DNA of 64,000 nucleotides, from positions 891 to 64,890 of the forward strand of contig PWJM01000053.1 of the NCBI GenBank assembly GCA_003560915.1. The letters run 5' to 3'. Position 1 is the stretch's first letter. Each line of letters begins with the position of its first letter. Position numbers and translations under genes: made by a program. Under the pieces are notes generated by a model that ran no database searches, was not told the origin of the DNA, and worked only from the letters and a program-made list of their open reading frames with translations. Below, in pieces: positions 1 to 9,225 of the stretch. The DNA comes from Syntrophomonadaceae bacterium (GTDB lineage Bacteria; Bacillota; Dethiobacteria; SKNC01).

Positions 1-644
1 TCTATGATACTTATACCGGAACTGGCCCCCAGCCTGGAGGCGCCGGATTCTAACAAATTTCTCGCAAAAGACAGGGTTCGAATCCCTCCTGAGGCTTTAA
101 TTTTTATTCTGTCTTTCACTATGCTTTTAAAGAGTAAAATATCCTCTATTACGGCTCCACCGCCGGGTACAAAGCCAGTTGAAGTTTTTATATAAGCGGC
201 TCCACTGTCCAATACAATCCGGCAAATCTTTTCCTTTTCTTTATCACTTAACAGCGCTGTTTCTACAATTACCTTGACCTCTGCCGGATACGCTGCCCTG
301 ACGGTTTCCTTTATATCCTTTTCTACCCGGATAAAATTCCCCTCTTTTAAGGCTCCAATGTTTGCCACCATATCGATTTCACGGGCTCCCTTTTCTACTG
401 CCATTTTGGCCTCAAGGGCTTTAACTTCAGAAAAATTTGCCCCCAGGGGAAACCCCACTACCACAGCCAGACGTACCGGCGTATCTTTGATTCTTTCTAA
501 TGTCGTATCCACGTAAACAGAATTTACACAAACCGCGGCAAAACCATAGGCTATCGCCTCATCACAAAGTCGAAGAATGTCCTCCGTTGTGGCCTCAGGT
601 TTCAGTAATGTGTGGTCAATGAAAGGGGCTATACTATGCATCAT
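1..644 (-). CDS. deoC: Deoxyribose-phosphate aldolase (3' end runs off the window)
   Basis: Not in the ORF track. Read by hand from ATG at 644: MMHSIAPFIDHTLLKPEATTEDILRLCDEAIAYGFAAVCVNS...VVGFPLG, later CKVIVET and FIKTSTGF, typical of DeoC. Starts 2 nt after the rtcB stop. Confidence 0.93.
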   Translation of the reverse strand, partial: MMHSIAPFIDHTLLKPEATTEDILRLCDEAIAYGFAAVCVNSVYVDTTLERIKDTPVRLAVVVGFPLGANFSEVKALEAKMAVEKGAREIDMVANIGALKEGNFIRVEKDIKETVRAAYPAEVKVIVETALLSDKEKEKICRIVLDSGAAYIKTSTGFVPGGGAVIEDILLFKSIVKDRIKIKASGGIRTLSFARNLLESGASRLGASSGISII

Positions 645-645
645 T

Positions 646-2070
646 TTAATCTCCCTCCCCTTTAATCACGGCCAGGGGTTTCAGCATGGCTATCATACGG
701 GTCATATTGATATCGGTCAGGGATAAAACTACTTCATGAATATTTTTATAGGCCCCGGGAGCCTCGTCCAGTATACGTTTCAGATTGCGGGTATTGATTA
801 AGATATTTTTCATCCTGTTTTCCAATTCACTGCGGCACAAGGTTTTTCTGGCAGCCTTTCGAGACATTACCCTGCCGGCACCGTGATTGGTGGAATAAAA
901 GGTATCTTTATTCTTTTCCGTCCCTGTTACCACATAGGAGGCCGTCCCCATGGTGCCCGGGATCAATACAGGATGACCGGTATGCATGTATTTTTCAGGA
1001 TTAGAGGGATGATTGGGAGGCAGAGCCCGGGTGGCACCTTTTCTATGGACCAGGAGCCTTCTCCCAAAATGCTCTTCAAATTTGGCAATATTATGGGCCA
1101 GGTCATATACCAGGTGCAGGCCCAGCTTTTCAGGGCTGCATTGAAACACTTCTCCAAAGGCGTTTCTGACTTCATGGGTGATTAACTGCCGGTTTCCAAA
1201 GGCAAAATTGACCGCACAGGCCATGGCCGAAAGATAATCCCTGCCCTCCGTTGAATGAATAGGGACACACGCCAATCCCCTGGAAGGGAGGTCAATCCCA
1301 TACTTTTTAACAGATTTCAGCATGATATTGGTGTAATCATTGCAAATTTGATGGCCCAGGCCTCGACTCCCGGTATGAATCATCACCGTCAAGTTATCTT
1401 TTTGCAGGCCGAAATATTCAGCGGTTTCCGGTAGGAATACTTCTGATACATAACCGATTTCTATGAAGTGATTCCCGCCTCCTATGGTTGCCAGCTGGTT
1501 GCTTCTGGAAACCGCTTTACTGCTCAGTTTTTCAGGGTCAGCTCCCCTCAGGCAGCCGTATTCCTCTATGGCCTTCAGGTCCTCTGGCCTTCCCAGCCCT
1601 TTTTCTACCAGTGCCGGAGCTCCCTCCACCATAACCTTCTCCACCAGGGAACTGCTCCCTGTGTGCCTGCTTTTTTTGCCGATGCCCGTGGGAACTTTTT
1701 CCTCTATAGAATCCATTATTTTTCTCAGAAGAGGTTTGTCCACCTTTTCCCTAGAAATATTGGTTCCCAAAAGCCTTACTCCACAGTTAATGTCCATTCC
1801 CACTGCCCCTGCGGAGACAATCCCGTTTCGGGCATCGGTGGCCATAATCCCGCCTATGGGAAGGCCAAATCCCTCATGAATATCCGGCATCCCCACCACG
1901 TGTTTAAAAACCCCGGGAAGGCAGGCGGCATCGGTCAGCTGTTTAACCGCATCATCCTCCAGGATATCCTGGCACAGCTTCTCGTTGAGGAAAAGAACGG
2001 CATCAACCTTCATCTTCCCCTGTTTAGGAATCAAATAAGTGTTATCATGAATTTTCTTAATCCGGAACAT
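646..2070 (-). CDS. rtcB: RtcB-family RNA 3'-phosphate/5'-OH ligase (long type)
   Basis: Motifs MPDIHEGFGLPIGG, DINCG, GGGNHFIE, HTGSRG, DLAHN, HRKGAT, HGAGR, EAPGAYK. Confidence 0.93.
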   Translation of the reverse strand: MFRIKKIHDNTYLIPKQGKMKVDAVLFLNEKLCQDILEDDAVKQLTDAACLPGVFKHVVGMPDIHEGFGLPIGGIMATDARNGIVSAGAVGMDINCGVRLLGTNISREKVDKPLLRKIMDSIEEKVPTGIGKKSRHTGSSSLVEKVMVEGAPALVEKGLGRPEDLKAIEEYGCLRGADPEKLSSKAVSRSNQLATIGGGNHFIEIGYVSEVFLPETAEYFGLQKDNLTVMIHTGSRGLGHQICNDYTNIMLKSVKKYGIDLPSRGLACVPIHSTEGRDYLSAMACAVNFAFGNRQLITHEVRNAFGEVFQCSPEKLGLHLVYDLAHNIAKFEEHFGRRLLVHRKGATRALPPNHPSNPEKYMHTGHPVLIPGTMGTASYVVTGTEKNKDTFYSTNHGAGRVMSRKAARKTLCRSELENRMKNILINTRNLKRILDEAPGAYKNIHEVVLSLTDINMTRMIAMLKPLAVIKGEGD

Positions 2071-2175
2071 AAAATAAACCTCACTTTTTCATAAATAAAG
2101 CCTCTTCGGTTATGGTCATTTCAACTAAACTATATACTTTCAGCGAAAAACACTGCACCATCAGAGGAAGAAAAT

Positions 2176-2202
2176 AAGACAAAAGAACCGTCCCCTTGTT
2201 TT
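2176..2202. repeat. REP-like hairpin with AACCGTCCCC loop, copy 1
   Basis: AAGACAA-AAGAACCGTCCCC-TTGTTTT, just past the surE stop. The same core occurs at 35382 and 44328. Confidence 0.65.
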
Positions 2203-2205
2203 GTT

Positions 2206-2970
2206 TTACATATCAAAATTCCATTCTTTTAAACTATCCATAGCTTGATAATTGGTAAAATCAAAATGAATGGGTGAAACAGATATTTTGTTGCACCGGA
2301 TAGCTGACAGGTCAGTATCACTGCAGTTGGTGATCTCTACCACTTCTCCCACCATCCAATAGTAGGAACGTCCCCTGGGATCCACCCTCTGTTCAAACTC
2401 ATTATTGTACCGGGTCATCCCTAAACGGGTAACGGCCACACCTTCTATCTCATTCCTGGGAAGGCCAGGAACATTTACATTCAACAGGGTGCCCTGGGGC
2501 AGTCCGTTCTTAAGAACGGTTGCCGCCAGTTTTGCGGCAAACTCTGCCGCTGGGGAGAAGTCAGCATTTTCCCCCGCGGTTAAGGAAACAGCAATGGAAG
2601 GTACTCCACTTATAACCGCCTCTATAGCGGCGGAAACAGTCCCGGAATATAATACGTCTGTGCCCAGGTTGGAACCCCGGTTTACACCTGACACCACAAT
2701 ATCCGGCTTCTCCGGTAAAATCGCTTCCACCGCCAGCTTCACACAGTCTGAGGGAGTGCCGTTCACCGCCCAGGCCGGCAGATTCGGATTATGAAAGAGC
2801 TTCACCCGTTCTGCCCGCAGGGGATGATGCATGGTTATGGCATGCCCTACCGCACTTCTCTCCCTGTCCGGGGCAACAATGTATACAGAAGCAACCTTTT
2901 GCATGGCTTTGCTTAATTCCTGAATTCCATCGGCATAAATACCATCGTCATTAGTCAGCAGAACCCTCAT
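2206..2970 (-). CDS. surE: 5'/3'-nucleotidase SurE
   Basis: LLTNDDG, GTPSDCV, SGVNRGSNLG, YSGTVSAA motifs. Confidence 0.96.
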   Translation of the reverse strand: MRVLLTNDDGIYADGIQELSKAMQKVASVYIVAPDRERSAVGHAITMHHPLRAERVKLFHNPNLPAWAVNGTPSDCVKLAVEAILPEKPDIVVSGVNRGSNLGTDVLYSGTVSAAIEAVISGVPSIAVSLTAGENADFSPAAEFAAKLAATVLKNGLPQGTLLNVNVPGLPRNEIEGVAVTRLGMTRYNNEFEQRVDPRGRSYYWMVGEVVEITNCSDTDLSAIRCNKISVSPIHFDFTNYQAMDSLKEWNFDM

Positions 2971-4288
2971 CTACCATCCCTCCAGTCAACATAAAAGCCT
3001 GTTTTTGCGCATGATACATAATCTTTTCTTCATCCATATTTTTTATCTCCCGGTTTTCCATGACTATTTCACCGTTAATAATGACCGTTTCTATATCAGA
3101 GCTCTGCGCAGCGTATACAATATGGGCTGCCGGGTCATGGATAGGGCACAGATGAGGTTTTTCCATGTTCACCAGAATTAAATCCGCCTTGTAACCGGGT
3201 TTCAACATTCCAATCTCATCATCCCAATATAAGCTTTTCGCTCCTCCCCGGAAAGCCATCTCCAGGGCTGTGTAAGCAGGCACCACCAGAGGGTCACCAG
3301 ATACCCCTTTGTGGATGAGCGACGCCAGTCTGATTTCCTCCAGCATATCCAGGTTATTATTACTGGCTGCGCTGTCGGTCCCCAGGGAAACCGTCACTCC
3401 CGCCTCCAGCAGCTGGGGAACGGGAGCCACGCCGCTGGCCAACTTCAGGTTGCTTCCCGGATTGTGGGCAACTGCCACCTTTCTCCTGGACAATATCTCT
3501 ATGTCATGGGGGCTGAGATGCACACAGTGGGCGGCTACCACCGGAAAATTAAAAAGCCCCAATGACTCCATATGTTCTATGGGGGTCATTTTATACAACT
3601 CTTTGGACTGCTCCACTTCAAACCTGGTTTCTGCCAGGTGGATATGTAGGGGTAGTCCATACTGCTGTGCTTTTCCCATAATTTTTTGAAGATAATCCGG
3701 CGGACAGGTATAGGGGGCATGGGGCCCGAACATAACTCTGATCCGTCCATCAGCAGATTTATGCCACCGGGAAATCAGCTCTTCCGTTTCTTCCAACCCC
3801 AAAGCGGCTTTTTTTTCATCTAATCCAATGAGACCCCGGGAAAGCACAGCCCGGATGCCGCTTTCTAAAACAGCTTTGGCCATATCATCCATGAAAAAAT
3901 ACATATCATTAAACGTTGTAGTTCCTGATTTAATCATCTCTAAGCAGGAAAGAAGGGTCCCCCAATAAACATCTTCCCCCTGCAGCCTATCCTCCGCAGG
4001 CCATATTTTCGTTTCCAGCCAGGTCATCAGGGGAAGGTCATCTGCAAAACCTCTAAACAGGGTCATGGGGGCATGGGTATGGGAATTAATAAGCCCGGGA
4101 AGACATACCTGCCCCCGGGCATCAATCACCCGGCTGTAACCCTCCTGAGCAGTTTCATCATTATATTCCCGGACTTTCCCTATATAAGAAATACTGTCCC
4201 CCTGGATTTCTATTTCTCCCCGGTGAAAGATTTCATTTTCTTCATTAAAGGTAAAAACCCGGCAGTTAATAATTTTAATTTTCCTCAA
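2951..4288 (-). CDS. mtaD: 5-methylthioadenosine/S-adenosylhomocysteine deaminase (amidohydrolase)
   Basis: HTHAPM, GPHAPYTC, HIHLAET, HNPGSNLKLASG and LGTDSAASNN motifs, in an MTA-salvage context. Confidence 0.85.
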   Translation of the reverse strand: MRKIKIINCRVFTFNEENEIFHRGEIEIQGDSISYIGKVREYNDETAQEGYSRVIDARGQVCLPGLINSHTHAPMTLFRGFADDLPLMTWLETKIWPAEDRLQGEDVYWGTLLSCLEMIKSGTTTFNDMYFFMDDMAKAVLESGIRAVLSRGLIGLDEKKAALGLEETEELISRWHKSADGRIRVMFGPHAPYTCPPDYLQKIMGKAQQYGLPLHIHLAETRFEVEQSKELYKMTPIEHMESLGLFNFPVVAAHCVHLSPHDIEILSRRKVAVAHNPGSNLKLASGVAPVPQLLEAGVTVSLGTDSAASNNNLDMLEEIRLASLIHKGVSGDPLVVPAYTALEMAFRGGAKSLYWDDEIGMLKPGYKADLILVNMEKPHLCPIHDPAAHIVYAAQSSDIETVIINGEIVMENREIKNMDEEKIMYHAQKQAFMLTGGMVDEGSAD

Positions 4289-4327
4289 CAGTCTCCCCCC
4301 TGAACCATAAATATCTATAAGAATCCC

Positions 4328-4987
4328 TTACTTATTCTCCTGCTTCCTTTGACCATATTGTTCCTTAAAATATTTGTGCAGTTTCTGAACATGCTTCTCA
4401 TCTATAACCACTGGACCCCCCAGCATGTTGGCATAAAGGGTGATCAAGGCAGTTTTTTCTATCACTTTACAGGTTAACAGCACGTCCTCCAGGGTTTTCC
4501 CCACGGCTACCAGTCCATGATTGGCTATTAACACAGCTGAATTGTCCTGCAAAGCCTCCACACAATTTACGGCCAGCTTATGGGAGCCGGGCATGGCATA
4601 ATCTGCCACTTTGACACTTCCCCCCACCACCTGTGAAAAATCTTCAACCACCGTGAGGATTTCTTTCCTGGCTACAGCAAAAGTAGTGGCATAAATACTG
4701 TGGGTGTGCATAACCGCATTTACATCTTTCCTCCGCTGATAAATTAGACGGTGCAGAGGATGTTCCGAGGAGGGTTTCCACTTCCCCTCCAACACATTGC
4801 CATGGAGGTCCATTACCACCATGTCCGTAAAATTTAGCTTTTTATAGTCCAGGCCGCTGGGTGCAATGACCATGTTCTCTTCGGCCCGGGCGCTGACATT
4901 GCCCCAGGTTTCTACCACCAGGCCTTCATCAAGCATATTTTTTGCGCTCAGGGCAACACGTTCTTTCGTTTTCTCCGTTTCCAACAT
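4328..4987 (-). CDS. Class II (Zn) aldolase, FucA-like; probable 5-deoxy/5-methylthio-ribulose-1-phosphate aldolase
   Basis: GNVSAR, KPSSE, HTHS and NHG motifs; directly downstream of mtnA. Confidence 0.8.
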   Translation of the reverse strand: MLETEKTKERVALSAKNMLDEGLVVETWGNVSARAEENMVIAPSGLDYKKLNFTDMVVMDLHGNVLEGKWKPSSEHPLHRLIYQRRKDVNAVMHTHSIYATTFAVARKEILTVVEDFSQVVGGSVKVADYAMPGSHKLAVNCVEALQDNSAVLIANHGLVAVGKTLEDVLLTCKVIEKTALITLYANMLGGPVVIDEKHVQKLHKYFKEQYGQRKQENK

Positions 4988-5031
4988 GAGAATTAACCTT
5001 CTCCCTAATTTTTATTTGAATACTCATCGGA

Positions 5032-6072
5032 TTAATTTATCTGCATTACAGAAAGTATGTTTTCCTTCTGGGGATTTTCAATAATTCCTTTTTCTGTTAT
5101 AATGGCGCTGATCAACCCCGCCGGCGTTACATCAAAGGAAGGATTAAAGACACTACAGCCCTCCGGGGTAATCCTTTGCTCAAAAACATGGGTAACCTCC
5201 CGGGGGTCCCTCTCCTCTATGGGAATCTCCTCGCCGGATGTAAGGGTTAAGTCAAAGGTGGAGGAGGGTGCCGCCACGTAAAAGGGGATGTCATGGTATT
5301 TGGCCAGCACCGCCAGGCTGTAGGTGCCAATTTTATTGGCGGTGTCTCCGTTCTGAGCAATTCTGTCAGCCCCTACTATCACCAGGTCAATTTTACCCTT
5401 CTGCATGAGCATGCCGGCCATATTATCCGTGATCAAGGTATAAGGAATTTCCTCCTGCTTCATTTCCCAGGCAGTCAAGCGGGCTCCCTGTAAAACAGGC
5501 CGGGTTTCATCCACATAAACATGAATCTCCTTCCCCTGCCCCACAGCCCAACGGACAACTCCCAGGGCTGTACCATATCCCGCAGTGGCCAGGGCTCCAG
5601 CATTGCAGTGTGTTAATATTTGGGCCCCTTCCGGTATTAAAGAGGACCCTATTTGTCCAATTTTTTTATTCCCCACAATGTCTTCTTTATATATGGTGAG
5701 AGCTTCTTCCTCCAGGCCCCCTGTAAGCTCCCCCAGATCTTTTTCTTTTATGCTTTCGTATTTCCGAAGCATCCTCTCGACCGCCCAGGATAAATTCACC
5801 GCTGTGGGTCTCGCCTGCAGCATATTAGAAGCTTTTTCTCGGAATGCATGGTTAAATCCTTCTTTAGGAAACCCCTTCAATTCCTGTGCCCCCAAAACCA
5901 GTCCAAAAGCCGCCGCCGACCCAATGGCCGGAGCTCCCCTGACAGACAGATTCCCGATGCACTCTGCCACTTCCCGGCAGGTGGAACATATTATATAATC
6001 GACGGCCAGAGGAATCCTCCTCTGGTCTAATATCTTTAATTTAGTCTTCTGCCAAATGATTGGTTTTATCAT
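5032..6072 (-). CDS. mtnA: S-methyl-5-thioribose-1-phosphate isomerase
   Basis: LDQR, VRGAPAIG, RPTAVNL, THCNAGALATAGYGTALG, ETRPVLQGARLT, NKIGTY. Confidence 0.95.
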   Translation of the reverse strand: MIKPIIWQKTKLKILDQRRIPLAVDYIICSTCREVAECIGNLSVRGAPAIGSAAAFGLVLGAQELKGFPKEGFNHAFREKASNMLQARPTAVNLSWAVERMLRKYESIKEKDLGELTGGLEEEALTIYKEDIVGNKKIGQIGSSLIPEGAQILTHCNAGALATAGYGTALGVVRWAVGQGKEIHVYVDETRPVLQGARLTAWEMKQEEIPYTLITDNMAGMLMQKGKIDLVIVGADRIAQNGDTANKIGTYSLAVLAKYHDIPFYVAAPSSTFDLTLTSGEEIPIEERDPREVTHVFEQRITPEGCSVFNPSFDVTPAGLISAIITEKGIIENPQKENILSVMQIN

Positions 6073-6106
6073 ATGCTCTGTTTCCCTTTACTGGTTATGG
6101 TTTTTT

Positions 6107-6898
6107 TTACTCCACTTCCATTTTACCCGGAATCTGCCCACAGCTGCAGCGGGTTTCTTGAGATATCGCACCGATGGTATTCATTATTAGATCCCTTATC
6201 TTTTCAATATTCTCTGCCATCATTTCCAGTACTTCCTCGTGGGATAAAAGAGTACTGGATATCCCGGCGGCGTAGTTGGTAACCAGGGTCACTGTAGCGT
6301 AACACAGTCCGGCTTCCCGGGCTAATACTACCTCCGGAACATTAGTCATTCCTACTACATCGCCGCCCCAGGCCTTAAACATCTTAATTTCCGCCGGAGT
6401 TTCAAAACGAGGCCCTTCGGTGCACACATAAGTACCATAATTAATCACCTTGAGCCCTGCAGCAGCCGTATTCTCTTGTAAAGACGCTCGAATATCCGGA
6501 CAGTAGGGTTCCGTAAAGTCTGTGTGGACTACCCCTTCTCTTCCATCTTCAAAAAATGTTAAAGGCCTCTGCCGGGTAAAGTCAATGAACTGGTCTAGTA
6601 AAACCGCTGCACCGGGAGGCATTGCCTCATTCAGTGACCCAACGGCAGCCGTGGAAATAATCCGGCTTACTCCCTCTTTTTTTAGCGCCCAAATGTTTGC
6701 CCGGTAATTTATTTTGTGGGGTGGAACCCCGTGAGTTCTTCCGTGGCGGGGCAGAAAACAAACTTCTGTATCCTGGAACCTCCCCGTATAAAGCAAGGCA
6801 TTTCCGTAAGGAGTCTTCACATCTACTTCTTTTAAATCTTCCAGTATTTCTGGATCGTATACCCCGGTTCCTCCAATTACACCTATCCTGCTTTTCAT
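6107..6898 (-). CDS. mtnP: S-methyl-5'-thioadenosine (or thioinosine) phosphorylase
   Basis: IGVIGGTG, RHG..H, NYRANIWAL, EGPRFETPAEI, VGMTNVPE. Confidence 0.9.
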   Translation of the reverse strand: MKSRIGVIGGTGVYDPEILEDLKEVDVKTPYGNALLYTGRFQDTEVCFLPRHGRTHGVPPHKINYRANIWALKKEGVSRIISTAAVGSLNEAMPPGAAVLLDQFIDFTRQRPLTFFEDGREGVVHTDFTEPYCPDIRASLQENTAAAGLKVINYGTYVCTEGPRFETPAEIKMFKAWGGDVVGMTNVPEVVLAREAGLCYATVTLVTNYAAGISSTLLSHEEVLEMMAENIEKIRDLIMNTIGAISQETRCSCGQIPGKMEVE

Positions 6899-7011
6899 GA
6901 ATCAGCCTCCCAAAACATTAAAATCTATATTGCGACCGTCATAGATAATTATAACTAAAAAAAACCATTTAGGGCACTAAAATTCACATTTTTTTTTGTG
7001 AAATCTGTTTT

Positions 7012-8013
7012 TTACTGGCCTTTTACCTTGGCATAATGCTTTTTGGCTTTATTCTTTTCCCCCATCAATTCATACAGCACACCCAGTTCCAGATGGATAG
7101 CAGTTAACCCTCCATTTAACCGGACAGCTTTTTCTACGTAATGAATAGCCTCCTTTAAGCAGCCCAGGTTCCCAAAGGATTTCCCCAGGTAATACAATAT
7201 CTCCCAGTCATTATCAAAATATTTCAGGGCTTCTTTAAAATATTCAATACTTTCTTCAAACTTATTCATATTGTAACAAGTGGCTCCCAGGTTAAAATAT
7301 ACATCATAAAACTCATTATCCAGCTCCAGGGCTTTTTTAAATTCTTTTAATGCTTCTTCATATCTCTCTTGTTCTGCAAATACATTCCCCCGGCAGTTGT
7401 GAACCACTGCCCTGAATTTTTGATTATGGTTTATAGCTAAAATCAGGTTAAATTCCTTCAAGGCTTTTTCATACCTGCCCATTTCTCCATACGCCAACCC
7501 CAGGTAAAAGTGGCCCGCCATAAAATCTGGTTCTCTTTCAATTACCTTGTTAAATTCTTCTACCGCCTCTTTCATCATGGACAAATCAAAATAGCCGATT
7601 CCCCTTCTAAAAGACCGTGTGGTTTCCAGGTTATCTAAGGTCATAAAAATATGCTCATCCATATTTTGCAGGGTATTTCTGGTTATAGTATTAGTATTAG
7701 CAGGGGGAGAAGTTTGCATTTTTTCTTCTTTCTCCATTCCAAAATCTTCGTCACAAAGGTCTAACTTTTCTAAAAGTCCCTCCGGTATCATATCAAAGAG
7801 TTCCTCTGGAATATTTAGATTATAATTTAACTGCAGGGTGTTCACTTTTTCTTCGAATTTAAGCCAGTAATTAACCAGATGATCCATCTGCCTGCGAAGT
7901 CTTAAAAGCTCCTCCGTTAACTGTTCAATCTCCTGTTGACTGGAACCTGAAGATAAGCGTTTCTCGATCTCTTCCAGATCTGAAAATATTTTTTCAAAAT
8001 ACTGGTTTATCAT
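7012..8013 (-). CDS. Tetratricopeptide-repeat protein with N-terminal coiled coil
   Basis: About five TPR-like repeats (e.g. GHFYLGLAYGEMGRYEKALKEF, VYFNLGATCYNMNKFEESIEYF). Confidence 0.85.
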   Translation of the reverse strand: MINQYFEKIFSDLEEIEKRLSSGSSQQEIEQLTEELLRLRRQMDHLVNYWLKFEEKVNTLQLNYNLNIPEELFDMIPEGLLEKLDLCDEDFGMEKEEKMQTSPPANTNTITRNTLQNMDEHIFMTLDNLETTRSFRRGIGYFDLSMMKEAVEEFNKVIEREPDFMAGHFYLGLAYGEMGRYEKALKEFNLILAINHNQKFRAVVHNCRGNVFAEQERYEEALKEFKKALELDNEFYDVYFNLGATCYNMNKFEESIEYFKEALKYFDNDWEILYYLGKSFGNLGCLKEAIHYVEKAVRLNGGLTAIHLELGVLYELMGEKNKAKKHYAKVKGQ

Positions 8014-8166
8014 ATTTAAACCTCCATTGATAAAAAGATTCTTTGTACTGTTATTTGCTAAAAATAAAGAATGTATACCTTAACATAAATAAGAGAAAAT
8101 TATAAAATAAATTAGTTCAATTGTGCATTTTTACTTCTATTTCAACATAAAATATTCTTTGTAATG

Positions 8167-8195
8167 TTGACGACTGCAAAAAAATAAGTTATACT
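8167..8195 (+). promoter_or_regulatory. Sigma-A promoter of the tRNA cluster
   Basis: TTGACG-17 nt-TATACT, 25 nt upstream of tRNA-Gln. Confidence 0.75.
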
Positions 8196-8219
8196 TTAAA
8201 TTGTGTTTTTAAAGCATTT

Positions 8220-8294
8220 TGGGGTGTAGCCAAGCGGTAAGGCACGGGACTTTGGATCCTGCACGCGGAGGTTCGAATCCTCCCACCCCAGCCA
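8220..8294 (+). tRNA. tRNA-Gln(TTG)
   Basis: Cloverleaf TGGGGTGTAGCCAAGCGGTAAGG...GGTTCGAATCC...GCCA; anticodon loop CT-TTG-GA. Confidence 0.95.
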
Positions 8295-8322
8295 TTGAAT
8301 TTTTAAATAAATGTGTTATAAT
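8295..8322 (+). promoter_or_regulatory. Internal sigma-A promoter for tRNA-Lys/Leu
   Basis: TTGAAT-16 nt-TATAAT with an extended TG, in the Gln-Lys spacer. Confidence 0.5.
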
Positions 8323-8331
8323 ATTGTAGGA

Positions 8332-8407
8332 GAGCCATTAGCTCAGTTGGAAGAGCACCTGACTTTTAATCAGGGTGTCCCAGGTTCGAGCCCTGGATGG
8401 CTCACCA
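8332..8407 (+). tRNA. tRNA-Lys(TTT)
   Basis: GAGCCATTAGCTCAGTTGG...CCTGA CT-TTT-AA TCAGG...GGTTCGAG...CACCA. Confidence 0.95.
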
Positions 8408-8413
8408 TTTTAT

Positions 8414-8499
8414 GCGAGAGTGGCGGAACGGCAGACGCGCTAGGTTCAGGACCTAGTGTCCTTACGGGTGTGAGGGTTCAAATCCCTCCTCTCGCACCA
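8414..8499 (+). tRNA. tRNA-Leu(CAG)
   Basis: 86 nt with long variable arm; CTAGG TT-CAG-GA CCTAG; ends in CCA. Confidence 0.95.
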
Positions 8500-8524
8500 T
8501 TTGAAAATTAGGTTTCATATAAAA

Positions 8525-8554
8525 AATAACTGGAGGCCCCCACCTCCAGTTATT
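8525..8554. terminator. Bidirectional intrinsic terminator (tRNAs / usp)
   Basis: AATAACTGGAGG-6 nt-CCTCCAGTTATT between convergent units. Confidence 0.7.
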
Positions 8555-8619
8555 ACATTAAAAGATGTTTTTTTCAATTTTATTCCTTCCTTATAAGAAG
8601 GAATATTTTCTTTTATCTT

Positions 8620-9057
8620 TTACTTAATAATCATTACCGGTTTTGAGGAATGTTGAAGAACTTTATTGGAAACGCTTCCCATTAAAAACCTTCGGATGCC
8701 AGACAAACCGTGACTACCCATAATCACCATATCAACATCCTCTTTGTCGATTAAGTAAAGAATTTGTTCAGCAGGCTCCCCTGCAATGATTTCAGTTTTC
8801 AGTTCTGGTTTAATCGATACAGGGCTTCCTTTAAGAATCTCTAGCCCCTGATTAATAATTATTTTTGCCCTTTCCTGAATAGTTTCCGAGCCATTTTCCG
8901 AACCTACAGGTTCTGGTTCCAGAGATTCATAAAAAATAGGTTTTTGAATATTTACTAATATTATTTCAGAGCCAAATTTCTCAGCCATATTTCTGGCATG
9001 CTTTAAAGCTTTAAAAGAGTTCTGGGAACCATCAATAGGAACCAATATTTTTTTCAT
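8620..9057 (-). CDS. Universal stress protein (UspA family)
   Basis: KKILVPIDGS...GEPAEQI...VIMGSHGLSGIRRFLMGSVS. Confidence 0.93.
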   Translation of the reverse strand: MKKILVPIDGSQNSFKALKHARNMAEKFGSEIILVNIQKPIFYESLEPEPVGSENGSETIQERAKIIINQGLEILKGSPVSIKPELKTEIIAGEPAEQILYLIDKEDVDMVIMGSHGLSGIRRFLMGSVSNKVLQHSSKPVMIIK

Positions 9058-9225
9058 AGGAAAATCCCTCCTCCTGGTTTCACTTATAATTATAACATAC
9101 CGAAGCTTTCATTTTAACCCTGGGTAAAAGAAACATTGAATATCTGGTGCTAAAAAACTATTATATATGTTAAGGGTTGCCTTTAATCTTGGCCCGGTTA
9201 GAGAGCCCTGGAAAGGAGATAAAAA

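Noticed and set aside
883-2094. Long plus-strand ORFs antisense to rtcB, and similar shadows over xdh, spoIVA, der and ispH-rpsA
   Set aside because: They are antisense shadows of well-supported genes, with no SD or protein motifs.
6899-7011. SAM riboswitch upstream of mtnP (also checked upstream of speD)
   Set aside because: No S-box core (ATCAAGAG/GCAACC) is recognisable and the leader is short and AT-rich.
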